Source of the DNA: a virus
Lineage: Duplodnaviria; Caudoviricetes
Strand: one strand, 5' to 3'
Virus record (IMG/VR): IMGVR_UViG_3300033076_001091
Location: 1 to 38,589 of that record
Length of the DNA stretch: 38,589 nucleotides
Shown: piece by piece, positions 26,380 through 36,138 of the stretch
Position numbering within the stretch: the first letter of the stretch is position 1
Layout: the number at the start of each line of letters is the position of its first letter
Notes under the pieces: model-generated
What the model saw: only the letters and a program-made list of their open reading frames with translations
Database searches by the model: none
Told to the model about the DNA's origin: nothing
Program-made: the position numbers and the translations under genes

Positions 26380-29300
26380 TTACTTTCCTTCTTCCAATTT
26401 ACTAATTCTAGCTTCTAATTTTTCTATTGTAGATTGTTGTTCTTTAATACCTTCGATTAACAATGCTACTAATTTATCATACTTAACCGCTTTGTATCCA
26501 CTTTCTCTCGTTTGAACCAACTCAGGAACTACTGCTTCAATTTCTTGTGCAATTACTCCAACATCATGCCCCTCATATCCATGTTCAACATTTGGAATCC
26601 AATCAAATTCATATCCTCCGATTTCTTTAATTTTTTGAATAGGAGAACCGATTTGAATAATATTAGTTTTGAATCTTCTATCTGAAGAAGAGTAAGCCAC
26701 AACATCATTTGTTGCATCAATTCTACCCGCAGTAGCAGATGCCGCCATACCAACACCAACCGAATTAAACTGAACATTTGATGTAGTTAAAATAGGTTGA
26801 TTTATATATGTTCCAAATCCTGTTGTAGATGCTATTGAAACCTGCGATGAACCCGATACAACTGTATTAGTATTTAATTGAGTTTTAATTCCACTACTCC
26901 AATTAGTAGTAGCAGTTGCATCAATTTGTGATGAACCACTTACTGAACCTATTGGTAATAATGAAGTAACTTGCGTAGATCCAGATACAACATTATTTGA
27001 ATTTAATTCAGTTTTAATCCCAGTTGCCCAGTTAGTAGTAGCAGTTGCATCAATTTGTGATGATCCACTCACCAACGATGTTCCAGTTGATACAATTGAT
27101 CCTGTTATTGTTAAACTACCACTTATACCAATTGAATTAGAAGCAGTATATTCAAATATAATTGAATCCCCAATATGGTCTCCACCAATTGATTTTGGTA
27201 TTCTACCATTTGTTAATGATGGTTCATCTCCTAACGAACCGGTATTTCTCGGTCCAGAGATAAACATAGCTCCATTGTATAAAGCACCACTAACATTTTG
27301 ATATACCCATCTATTGTTCAATGAATCCCATGCTAATGAAGCAGTTGCATTAGATGAACCACTATCATATACCTTTAATCCTCCAAATCTTTCAGCAGGT
27401 TCAAAAACATTTACTGATATAAATGAAGTTGCAACTTGTAATTGAGATGATGTTACATATGTGATTGAAGAAGAACCATAAACCACTAAATCGTTTAATA
27501 CATAAAGAGAGCCTGTTATTCTTTGGTCTCCAACATAAGTGTTAGAACCAGTTGTTGCATAAGAGCCGGTCTTTCCATTTAACGAAGCAGTTGTAGCATA
27601 TAATGAAAATTTAGCCGCAGTTAAATTAGATATATCCGCATTATTAGAAGATGTATAAGAATTAAGAGCAGTGTTATGAGTATTCTGAGAACTTGTAAAT
27701 GCGTTTAATAAACCTTCTAATACAATTTTTTGTTCCGAACCATTTATACCGGCTTTCCAATAATCATTTGTAACATCCCATTTTAAAGATCCAGATGTTG
27801 TGCTTCCACCAACTGCATCTCTTACTATAATACCTCCATCAGATGTTCCACCTGCGTTCAATGAAATGATATTATCATCTAATTGAATTGTAGTAGAGTT
27901 AATTGTAGATGTTGTTCCTTTAACTAATAAATCACCTTTAATAGTTACTGCCGAACCAGTCAATTCTATTGCACCATTAAATGAATTTGTAAATGAATTC
28001 AAAGCAATTAATGATGTATTAGCAGATGAACTGAATGTATTCAATGAAGCCGTTGAAGTATGTATTGCACTAATATTTGTGTTGTTAGATGCAGTATATG
28101 AATTCAAACTAGCAGTTGCAGTAAATATAGCAGTATTCTTAGTATCTTGAGAAGATGTATAACTATTCAAACTACTTGTTGAAATATGAATAGCAGTTAA
28201 TTTACTATCTACCGATGATGTATAAGTTTCTAATGAAGAAGTATATGCTTCAAACGTAAATGAATCCAAAAATCCAGTTCCTGCAACGAATTGATTAATT
28301 CTATAATTGAAGGATTGTGAAATCTGAGATAATGATGCAGTTAATTGTGATGATGATACAAATAAACTAGCAGTTGCAATGTTCAATGAAGCAGTTGTGC
28401 TTTCTAATACATTCAATCTACTATTTTGAGAACCAGTTGTAGAATTAACTGATGCAGTAAATGAATGTATTGAACCGCTCCATACTCCGAATTCAGTTTC
28501 AGAAACATAAGAAGCATTTAATGAAGAACTAAATGTTTCTAATGCACCAACTCTTGTGTTGAATGATGAACTTGCTACTAAATAAGAAGAAGTATGAGTA
28601 TTAAATGCATTTCTAATACTTCCACTTTCACTTTCTAATGAATTTAATCTACCATTTGCAGAAGATGTAAATGTATTTAAACTACCACTTGCAGTTTCTA
28701 ATAATGCAATTCTACTATTTTGAATTCCATTAGTAGAATCATTTGAAGCAGTATAAGAATATATCGATCCAGAAAAAGTTTCCAAACTACTAACTCTAGC
28801 TTCTTCTGCTGCATTGATTGTAGCAATAGAAGAACTAAATGTTGTATATCCAGTTGTAGCAGTAATATCAATTTGAGATGAACCACTTACTACTCCATCA
28901 CTATTTAATTTATTTTTAATAGTTGTATTAATAGAAGAAGTAAATGAATTCAATGATGCAGTTGCAGTATGAATCGCACTAATATTTGCATTATTAGATT
29001 GAGTGTAATTGTTAATAGAAGAACTATATGTGTTCAAAGTATTTCTAATACTTCCACTTTCATTTTCTAAATTAGTTAATCTAACATGTGCAGATGAAGA
29101 AAAAGTTTGAAATTCACCATTTAAAATTATTTTTTCTTCACTACCTAATTTTCCAGCTATCCAATAATCATTTGTAGTATCCCATAATAATGATCCCGAA
29201 ATTAAAGAAGCACCACTTGCATCTCTTACAACTAAACCACCATTACTTGCACCAGTTCCGTTTAATGCAATTATATTATCACCCGTTTCAATTGTGGTTG

Positions 29301-30297
29301 AATTTACGGTCGTAGTTGTTCCTTTTACTAAGAAGTTCCCTTTAATAGTTACATTTGAACCTGTAAATTCTATACCAGTTGCAACCGATGAAGAAAATGT
29401 TAATAAACTAGCACTTGTTGTTTCTAAAGCAGTTAATCTATTATTTTGAGTTGTATTAGTAGTATTATTAGAAGATGTATAAGAATTTAAACTTCCTGTC
29501 GTATTTTCTAATGATAAAATTCTTGCATTACTAGCAGAAGTAGTTGTTGCAACTGAAGAACTATAAGTAGTATAACCAGTTATAGAAGTAAATGTAATTT
29601 GTGAAGAACCACTAACTACATTTTCTGCATCCATTTTACTCTTAATCGTATTGTTGATTGAAGAAGTAAATAAGTTTATACTTTGTGTTGCAATATGAAT
29701 TGCATTTATATTCGTTGTATTAGATGCAGTATAAGAATTTAATGAAGCTGTTGTAAAATAAATCGCTCCAATTTTAGAATCATTGGAAGCGGTATATGAA
29801 TTTAAACTACTTAAATCTTGTGAATTAATTCTTAAATTTAATGAAGATGAAAAATCAGATACATTTCCAACTGCATCAATTACATCAACTGAAGCAGTTG
29901 TTGCATACAATCTTTTCCAATATTTTCCACCACTACCTAAATTATATTGAGTATTAGCATTTGGAACTAAATCGGAATTAAAATCGGCAATGACAGTAAT
30001 AGTATCTTGAACGGCATTATCTCCTAATTGAATACTACCACTAATATAAACATCTCCTCTAAAATAAGCATTTGATGCAGTAATATCTCCGGTTAAAGAT
30101 AATGATCCAGAGTTAGCTAAAGAACCACTCCATTTTGATGCTGATGAAACACCGGTATTTAATTTTACCAAAGTTATTTCTTCACTACCACTTGCACCAA
30201 ATACTACGCTTTGACTATCTGCGTTAAAATATGGTTCTCCGTATGATAGAGTTCCTTTAGAACTACTACTACCTCTTCTTATCTGGAATGTTGCCAT
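26380..30297 (-). CDS. Long fibre protein with C-terminal S74 chaperone; paralogue of 17285..21283
   Basis: MATFQIRRG..LSYGEPY; the same repeat modules; SSDRRFKTNI..GVIAQEIEAVVPELV..KYDKLVALLIEGIKE. Confidence 0.9.
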   Translation of the reverse strand: MATFQIRRGSSSSKGTLSYGEPYFNADSQSVVFGASGSEEITLVKLNTGVSSASKWSGSLANSGSLSLTGDITASNAYFRGDVYISGSIQLGDNAVQDTITVIADFNSDLVPNANTQYNLGSGGKYWKRLYATTASVDVIDAVGNVSDFSSSLNLRINSQDLSSLNSYTASNDSKIGAIYFTTASLNSYTASNTTNINAIHIATQSINLFTSSINNTIKSKMDAENVVSGSSQITFTSITGYTTYSSSVATTTSASNARILSLENTTGSLNSYTSSNNTTNTTQNNRLTALETTSASLLTFSSSVATGIEFTGSNVTIKGNFLVKGTTTTVNSTTIETGDNIIALNGTGASNGGLVVRDASGASLISGSLLWDTTNDYWIAGKLGSEEKIILNGEFQTFSSSAHVRLTNLENESGSIRNTLNTYSSSINNYTQSNNANISAIHTATASLNSFTSSINTTIKNKLNSDGVVSGSSQIDITATTGYTTFSSSIATINAAEEARVSSLETFSGSIYSYTASNDSTNGIQNSRIALLETASGSLNTFTSSANGRLNSLESESGSIRNAFNTHTSSYLVASSSFNTRVGALETFSSSLNASYVSETEFGVWSGSIHSFTASVNSTTGSQNSRLNVLESTTASLNIATASLFVSSSQLTASLSQISQSFNYRINQFVAGTGFLDSFTFEAYTSSLETYTSSVDSKLTAIHISTSSLNSYTSSQDTKNTAIFTATASLNSYTASNNTNISAIHTSTASLNTFSSSANTSLIALNSFTNSFNGAIELTGSAVTIKGDLLVKGTTSTINSTTIQLDDNIISLNAGGTSDGGIIVRDAVGGSTTSGSLKWDVTNDYWKAGINGSEQKIVLEGLLNAFTSSQNTHNTALNSYTSSNNADISNLTAAKFSLYATTASLNGKTGSYATTGSNTYVGDQRITGSLYVLNDLVVYGSSSITYVTSSQLQVATSFISVNVFEPAERFGGLKVYDSGSSNATASLAWDSLNNRWVYQNVSGALYNGAMFISGPRNTGSLGDEPSLTNGRIPKSIGGDHIGDSIIFEYTASNSIGISGSLTITGSIVSTGTSLVSGSSQIDATATTNWATGIKTELNSNNVVSGSTQVTSLLPIGSVSGSSQIDATATTNWSSGIKTQLNTNTVVSGSSQVSIASTTGFGTYINQPILTTSNVQFNSVGVGMAASATAGRIDATNDVVAYSSSDRRFKTNIIQIGSPIQKIKEIGGYEFDWIPNVEHGYEGHDVGVIAQEIEAVVPELVQTRESGYKAVKYDKLVALLIEGIKEQQSTIEKLEARISKLEEGK
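26901..27070. repeat. Internal duplication encoding VSGSSQIDATATTNW twice
   Basis: TTAGTAGTAGCAGTTGCATCAATTTGTGATGA at about 26903 and 27032. Confidence 0.8.
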
Positions 30298-30322
30298 TTA
30301 TAATTTAATTGTTGAATTCTTT

Positions 30323-30331
30323 AATAAATAT
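30323..30331 (-). promoter_or_regulatory. Putative late promoter variant ATATTTATT
   Basis: One mismatch; 25 nt upstream of ATG 30297. Confidence 0.55.
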
Positions 30332-30359
30332 AAAGGTTAAAAAAATAATATGATTATCC

Positions 30360-31466
30360 TTAACCAATCTTTGTTATTTTAATATATCCACTTCCACTAT
30401 TATATGTAGAAAGATTTGTAATAGCACTTCCACTAAATGTAGATAAACCATCATAATTTCCATCAGATGTTGATATAGTATTTGCAGATGAAGTTATATA
30501 AGATCCGCCACCTCCTCCGGCATCAGCCGTAGTATTTACGCTACCATAACCACCGCCACCGCCGGAGTATCCACCACCTCCACCTCCATCGATAATACCA
30601 TTACCAGACCCACCTCCTCCAAATCCACCCCAAGAGGATGCATAAGTTGATGGAGTTCCCCACGATGATGCAGCGCTACCACCCTTTGAACCACTTATAA
30701 ATGAATTACCACCTTCACCATAAGTTGTGCTCGTAAGCGGTCTTGTGTATGTTCCATCTCCATTTTGTCCATTTCCATTAAATCCTGCTCCCGCACCGCC
30801 ATCATAACTATTTACGGATGTAGTCGATGAACCACTAATGTGAGAACGACCACCCATACTTCCCGTTCCTCCTGGAGCACCATAATATGATGTAGAACCA
30901 GCAGTTGTTGTTACTCCATTTTTTCCAACTTGTAATGAATTTGCATTAAATCCAGTGTATCTAGCAGTTCCGCCGCCACCTCCAGCTACAAATAATGGAG
31001 TTTGAGTTGATCCCGAAAGTGCAACAAAAGTTCCACCTCCGCCACCCATACCCATATAAGATCCAGATTGATTAATATTTACTCCATTTGCATCGGTGTA
31101 TTGACCTACAACCATAGTTAATTTTTGGCCCTGAGTTAATGCAATTCTTCCTTTTATAATAGCACCCTTACCATACCCTATTGAAAAATTATTTATAGGA
31201 ACACCGGCTCTACTACCTGCTAATTCTATTTCATAAGTTGCAGTTGCAGGAACTGTCCAAACTTGATATCCTAAAAATGCACCGGTTGTAAAATATGATG
31301 CATTTGAAAAATAACTACCAGATGTTGAACCCGTATAAGCAGCTAATAGAGCAGAACCGGAAGGTCCGAATGGCCCAGTTGTTCCAACATTAGTAAAAGT
31401 AAATGAACTAAATGGATATAGTTGATTCGGTGATATATTTAAACTTCCTACAAATGTAATCGCCAT
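30360..31466 (-). CDS. Glycine-rich (ALK/LTK-like, polyglycine II) putative adhesin
   Basis: YQVWTVPATATYEIELAG..GKGAIIKGRIALTQGQKLTMVVGQ..GGGGGTFV..PLFVAGGGGG..GGFGGGG..GGGGGYSGGGG..GYIKI. Confidence 0.8.
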   Translation of the reverse strand: MAITFVGSLNISPNQLYPFSSFTFTNVGTTGPFGPSGSALLAAYTGSTSGSYFSNASYFTTGAFLGYQVWTVPATATYEIELAGSRAGVPINNFSIGYGKGAIIKGRIALTQGQKLTMVVGQYTDANGVNINQSGSYMGMGGGGGTFVALSGSTQTPLFVAGGGGGTARYTGFNANSLQVGKNGVTTTAGSTSYYGAPGGTGSMGGRSHISGSSTTSVNSYDGGAGAGFNGNGQNGDGTYTRPLTSTTYGEGGNSFISGSKGGSAASSWGTPSTYASSWGGFGGGGSGNGIIDGGGGGGYSGGGGGYGSVNTTADAGGGGGSYITSSANTISTSDGNYDGLSTFSGSAITNLSTYNSGSGYIKITKIG

Positions 31467-31467
31467 A

Positions 31468-34400
31468 TTATACTAATCTTTCAATTGAAATCATATTATT
31501 ATTAAATCCTGAACCCAATATCATTGTAATTCTCCACGAGATTGTGTTTGATGTATCCATTATTATCCACGTATCAGTTGCACCGGCAGTTCCGAAGTTG
31601 TATCCGGATGCTAAATATGTAGGAGTAGATGTTATAGATAATGGAGATGATGCATTAATAGTAGTTCCTACGACAGTACCAGCTTGTGAATATATTCCAC
31701 TACCATAAACACTATATGTTACGCCAGCCGAAGTTGTTGAAAGTTGCAAACTTTTATTTCCCGTTGAAGGAAGTCTTGCTTTTAAATCACCCAATGTTAC
31801 ATCAATACCTAAATTTACTAATCCACTTGCTTTCCACATTAATTCACCACCTACACCTGCAGGTGCTTTACTCAAATCAACAAAAACACCTTTTGCGTTA
31901 GCACTACCTTCAAAAACTCTATATCTATTTTGCCAAACATCAATTGTTACACGATTTTGTAATGTAGTATTTGTTACAGGAATTGCTAAATTGATTTCAC
32001 CACCTTCATCCCCACCTCTACCATCTACACTTAATGCTGAAACATTAAAGTTCGCAGAACCACTTACTAACAATGAACCCGTAATTTCTACATATCCATT
32101 ATTTTGAACATATAAATTACTACCACTTGTCAAATATAAAGATGAACTATTCGCATTTAATGATGAACTAATAATTGTTCCACTATTAACCGTCAATGAA
32201 CCTGTAATTGCCTGATTTCCGTTAAATTGATTTGAACCAGTTGTTGCATATGAACCGGTTTTTGAATTCAATGAAGCAGTTGCAATATAAACATTACTTA
32301 ATGCAGTATTTGCCGAAGAAGTAAATGTGTTTATACTTGATGTGAAACTATTAAAAGATGAAGTAGTTGCAAATCCACTACCATTTACTACCGCATTTAT
32401 TCTACTATCAAATGAAGAAGATGTTGTAGTATATGATGATGTAAAAGTATTCAATGATGCAGTTGCAATATAAACATTACTCAATGCAGTATTTGCAGAA
32501 GAAGTGAATGTATTAATTGAACTACTAAATGTATTAGATGAAGTTGCAAATGCATTAAATGAAGAAGTTAATAATAAACTACTTGTATTAACATTCACTA
32601 CTGATGATGTTGTAGCAAATCCTAAATTAGTTATTTGCCCACTGCCACTAATTACATTTGGAGATATTATTGCACTATTACCATATTCTAAAACATTTAT
32701 AGTTGCATAATCCCCACCATCCGCTAAAATATTATTATAATAGATTGAATATGTATGAGAACCAGTTTCACTATTACTTACATATACAATCGGAGGTAAT
32801 GGTGTATGATAATTTGCAATATTAAAATAAAATGTTTGAGATGCAACTGCAACACCATCTCTTAATAATTGTGCAGTTCCAGTTCCAATAGATGACCTCC
32901 ACCCACTAGTATTTACAGTCACTATGATTGCACCACCACTACCTGTATATGAAGTTGTCCAAGCAGAAGCACCAGTGTAAGATGCATTATCTAATATTCT
33001 TGTTAATGTTGGTTGTGCAAAAGTAAATCCATTTTGAAGAGGAGTTCCATTATATGTAAAACTACCACTTAATAACAATGAACCACTAATTGTTTCAGTT
33101 CCTATAAATGTATTTGAACCCGTAGTTGCATAACTTCCGGTTTTACTATTCAACGAAGCAGTTGCGGTATAAACATTACTTAACGATGTATTAGCCGATG
33201 AAGTAAATGTGTTTATACTTGCACTAAATGTATTAAATGTTGAAGATGATAAGAAAGGGGTTACAACAGGTAAATTTGCAGTTAGAGCAAATGAAGATGT
33301 TTCACTTTCAGTAATCCAACTTCCACTTACACTTTCAATTTGATTTAATCTATTAACTAAACTTGCAGTTGAAATACTTGCAGTATAAGTGTTAAATGAA
33401 GATGTAGTTACTAATGAAGAAGTATCTATACTCAATACCGAAGATGTAGTCGCATATCCTAATCCACTAATTTGTGAAGAGCCACTAATTACTCCGTTTG
33501 TTGCCTGAATTGATCCACTTATATAATCAACTCTTAATCTATTAGCTGATGGGTTATATAATATGTTTGAAAAATTATCAGTATAAGTTTGTAAATATCC
33601 ATTTGAACCACTTGCCACAAATACCAATGAAAATTCACCATTTGTTGAAGAATTTTGAGTAGCTACTAATCCAGCATATCCCACCATCATAGATGATGTG
33701 AGTGAATTTCTTACAAATGATCCAGTTAATTGTATAGATGAACTATAAACTCCGCTTAATGATGAGGTATAAATGTTAAAAGAAGATGTTGTCACATAAT
33801 TATCAACATCTACATATCCCTCTAATGCATCCAATCTACTATCTATACTTGCACTATCTACTAAATAAGATGCAGTAAATTGATTTAATGATGAACTTAT
33901 ATATCCTAAATTATCAGTAATACTATGTCCGGTTCCGGTATTAATTATATTCGTATCACCGATAATAATATCTAAATAACCATCGGTAACTAATCCGTTT
34001 CCTGCGGTTGCAGAACCTTTATAAACATTACCATCTGCATTAAGAACAATATCCGAATCAGTAGCATGTAATGTTATAGCACCATTTGTAATTGTTTGAG
34101 ATGTAAATGTAAAATCCGCAATATCTGCTGATGTTGATATAAATCCTAAATCAGTTATTTGAGAACTTCCACTTATTAAATTATTTGGAAGAGAAGTTAA
34201 AAAACTACCAGTTTCAGCTTCAGTTATAAATGAAGATGTTTGAGATGATAATATAAAAGATCCCGTTTCAGTTTTTAACAAATAACTTCCACTATTATTT
34301 TCCAAAGAAGTTAATCTACTATTTTGAGTTGTATTAGTAGTATTATTCGAAGATGTATAAGTGTTAAAAGTAGAACTACTTAAAAATGGAGTTAGATTAA

Positions 34401-34785
34401 TTAATTCTAAATTATCAACTCTACTATCAAAACTAGCACTATCAGTTTTGTAAGATGATGTAAAAGTATTGAAAGAAGAACTTAATAATAAAGAAGATGT
34501 ATTTATTGTTTGAACCGATGCGGTATATGCTTCAAACGATGAAGTTGATAATTTAGTTGCAACATTTAATGTTGATGCACTTGCAAAAGCATTTAAAGAA
34601 GATGTAATCGCAGAAGCGCTTCTTAATAATTCTATATCAGTTGCAAAGGAGGGTTCTAAACTTGCACTAACAAATTCAACTACTCTTTGTAAGGTAACTT
34701 TTTGTGTTTCATTATTATCTACAACAGGTAATATACTACTTGTTGTTAATTGTGAAATAGTGCTTAATTGTGAAATTTTTGGCAT
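31468..34785 (-). CDS. Long Ser/Thr-rich virion fibre protein (no S74 domain)
   Basis: 1105 aa; KISQLS..ILPVVDNNETQKVTL N-terminus; three SINTFTSSANT(A/S)LSNVY(I/T)ATASLN repeats; YATTGSN modules shared with the other fibres. Confidence 0.75.
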   Translation of the reverse strand: MPKISQLSTISQLTTSSILPVVDNNETQKVTLQRVVEFVSASLEPSFATDIELLRSASAITSSLNAFASASTLNVATKLSTSSFEAYTASVQTINTSSLLLSSSFNTFTSSYKTDSASFDSRVDNLELINLTPFLSSSTFNTYTSSNNTTNTTQNSRLTSLENNSGSYLLKTETGSFILSSQTSSFITEAETGSFLTSLPNNLISGSSQITDLGFISTSADIADFTFTSQTITNGAITLHATDSDIVLNADGNVYKGSATAGNGLVTDGYLDIIIGDTNIINTGTGHSITDNLGYISSSLNQFTASYLVDSASIDSRLDALEGYVDVDNYVTTSSFNIYTSSLSGVYSSSIQLTGSFVRNSLTSSMMVGYAGLVATQNSSTNGEFSLVFVASGSNGYLQTYTDNFSNILYNPSANRLRVDYISGSIQATNGVISGSSQISGLGYATTSSVLSIDTSSLVTTSSFNTYTASISTASLVNRLNQIESVSGSWITESETSSFALTANLPVVTPFLSSSTFNTFSASINTFTSSANTSLSNVYTATASLNSKTGSYATTGSNTFIGTETISGSLLLSGSFTYNGTPLQNGFTFAQPTLTRILDNASYTGASAWTTSYTGSGGAIIVTVNTSGWRSSIGTGTAQLLRDGVAVASQTFYFNIANYHTPLPPIVYVSNSETGSHTYSIYYNNILADGGDYATINVLEYGNSAIISPNVISGSGQITNLGFATTSSVVNVNTSSLLLTSSFNAFATSSNTFSSSINTFTSSANTALSNVYIATASLNTFTSSYTTTSSSFDSRINAVVNGSGFATTSSFNSFTSSINTFTSSANTALSNVYIATASLNSKTGSYATTGSNQFNGNQAITGSLTVNSGTIISSSLNANSSSLYLTSGSNLYVQNNGYVEITGSLLVSGSANFNVSALSVDGRGGDEGGEINLAIPVTNTTLQNRVTIDVWQNRYRVFEGSANAKGVFVDLSKAPAGVGGELMWKASGLVNLGIDVTLGDLKARLPSTGNKSLQLSTTSAGVTYSVYGSGIYSQAGTVVGTTINASSPLSITSTPTYLASGYNFGTAGATDTWIIMDTSNTISWRITMILGSGFNNNMISIERLV

Positions 34786-34791
34786 CTTATA

Positions 34792-35682
34792 TTATTCTGC
34801 TATTAATTCGTTTCCAAATTCATCTTGTAAAGGATCACCAAATATATCATTGGATTCTTTTTCTATTCTATCACCTAATATCACATTACCAAATTTATCC
34901 AATGGTTTTTCCAATGATGTTGTTAATCTTCCATTTACATCGTAACCATCTCCTCCTTGAACTAAAACCTCATTTGATACAACCACTTTACGAATACTAA
35001 ATCCTTTCTGAGTAGTAGGTTGATTATCATATCTCTTAGGTAATAAGTATGCATTTACACTCAATGTGCAATTTGTTCTTATTATTCTTTCTGAACCACT
35101 GCCTATATCTTGTTGATTATCAAAATTACCAACTACTACTCTAAATTTATAATTACCACTTTCACCCCAATATTGCTCATTTGCATATTGGAATTGTTCT
35201 ATGATTTTATTATTATGTTCCGTATATCCTGTCCAAAAAACTACTTCATATGTTAAAGTTACATAGTTAGGCATTCTCACATCATATGCTTCAAATCTTC
35301 TCTTAAAATCCGGATTTAATAATGAGAATCTATCATATGCATGTTTTTGAGAATATTTTTTTACAGTCGGATAAGTTACTCTATAATCTTTTAAGAATTT
35401 CATTGATTCATTTTGCTCAATAGAATTTCTCTTAAACATAATAATTGGAAGTTGAATTTTTCCCAATTTATCTTTTAAGTATCCATCTTTTTGTGCAGAT
35501 TTCCATCTTTCTGCATTTCCATACAAAAGAGGAATTTTAACTTTATTACCATTTTGTTCCACCTCAGGTATTAAATGTTTTTCCATATAGTTTGCAATAA
35601 TAGAATCAACATCCAATAATGATATTTCTAACATTTTGGATTCATCCTGCTTTACTATTTTAGAAAATTCTTTATCTGCCAT
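34792..35682 (-). CDS. Tail terminator / sheath stabiliser (T4 gp15-like)
   Basis: KVKIPLLYGNAERW..KIQLPIIMF..MPNYVTLTYEVVFWT..IIEQF; follows the neck genes. Confidence 0.75.
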   Translation of the reverse strand: MADKEFSKIVKQDESKMLEISLLDVDSIIANYMEKHLIPEVEQNGNKVKIPLLYGNAERWKSAQKDGYLKDKLGKIQLPIIMFKRNSIEQNESMKFLKDYRVTYPTVKKYSQKHAYDRFSLLNPDFKRRFEAYDVRMPNYVTLTYEVVFWTGYTEHNNKIIEQFQYANEQYWGESGNYKFRVVVGNFDNQQDIGSGSERIIRTNCTLSVNAYLLPKRYDNQPTTQKGFSIRKVVVSNEVLVQGGDGYDVNGRLTTSLEKPLDKFGNVILGDRIEKESNDIFGDPLQDEFGNELIAE

Positions 35683-36137
35683 TATCTAACAATTTGTTCT
35701 AAATCAATCGTAGTATTTCTACTTAAGAATGCTTCACATATAACCGAAAATTTATTATCACCTATACCACCTATCCACTGGTCTTCTCTTACATTTGAAA
35801 TCTCATAATAAGAACCATCCATATAAACAACATCTCCAACTTCTGGATAAAAATTATTTTCTATTAATGTATGTCTATTGAAACGGAAATTAGAAGTTCT
35901 ATTAGTATCAGCTCCAAATCCTTCATAATTAGTTTCAGTATCACCTCTTTCAATCATACAATAAGTTTCCATCCCTTTATAATATTTCTTATCAGTAGAT
36001 TCACCATAAAGATTATATGCAGTTTCCAATACATTAACTTTAAATAATGTAACTAATTGCTCCATTACATCATTTACCATTTCTGTTGAAATCTGCTGAA
36101 AAAATCGTATGTCTCTCGCTGAATTAAATCTTGGCAT
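35682..36137 (-). CDS. Neck / head-closure protein (T4 gp14-like)
   Basis: YNLYGES..EGFG..FYPEVGDVVYMDGSYYEI; lies between gp13-like and gp15-like genes. Confidence 0.7.
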   Translation of the reverse strand: MPRFNSARDIRFFQQISTEMVNDVMEQLVTLFKVNVLETAYNLYGESTDKKYYKGMETYCMIERGDTETNYEGFGADTNRTSNFRFNRHTLIENNFYPEVGDVVYMDGSYYEISNVREDQWIGGIGDNKFSVICEAFLSRNTTIDLEQIVR

Positions 36138-36138
36138 A

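Noticed and set aside
17590-26754. Diversity-generating retroelement TR/VR pair suggested by repeats in the fibre C-termini
   Set aside because: Mismatches flanking the identical block are not adenine-specific, both copies are coding, and there is no reverse transcriptase in the window.
723-28886. Nested minus-strand alternative-frame ORFs (723..905, 21758..21958, 26553..26777, 28698..28886)
   Set aside because: Near the length cut-off, inside well-supported genes, with no initiation signals or motifs.
19500-33300. CRISPR-like array suggested by recurring 20-35-nt words
   Set aside because: The repeats are degenerate, irregularly spaced and in frame within fibre genes; they are protein repeats.
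3132-35000. All plus-strand ORFs in the track (e.g. 3132..3353, 7625..7903, 24494..24856, 34770..35000)
   Set aside because: They are short antisense shadows of long minus-strand genes, with no recognisable motifs and mostly non-ATG starts.
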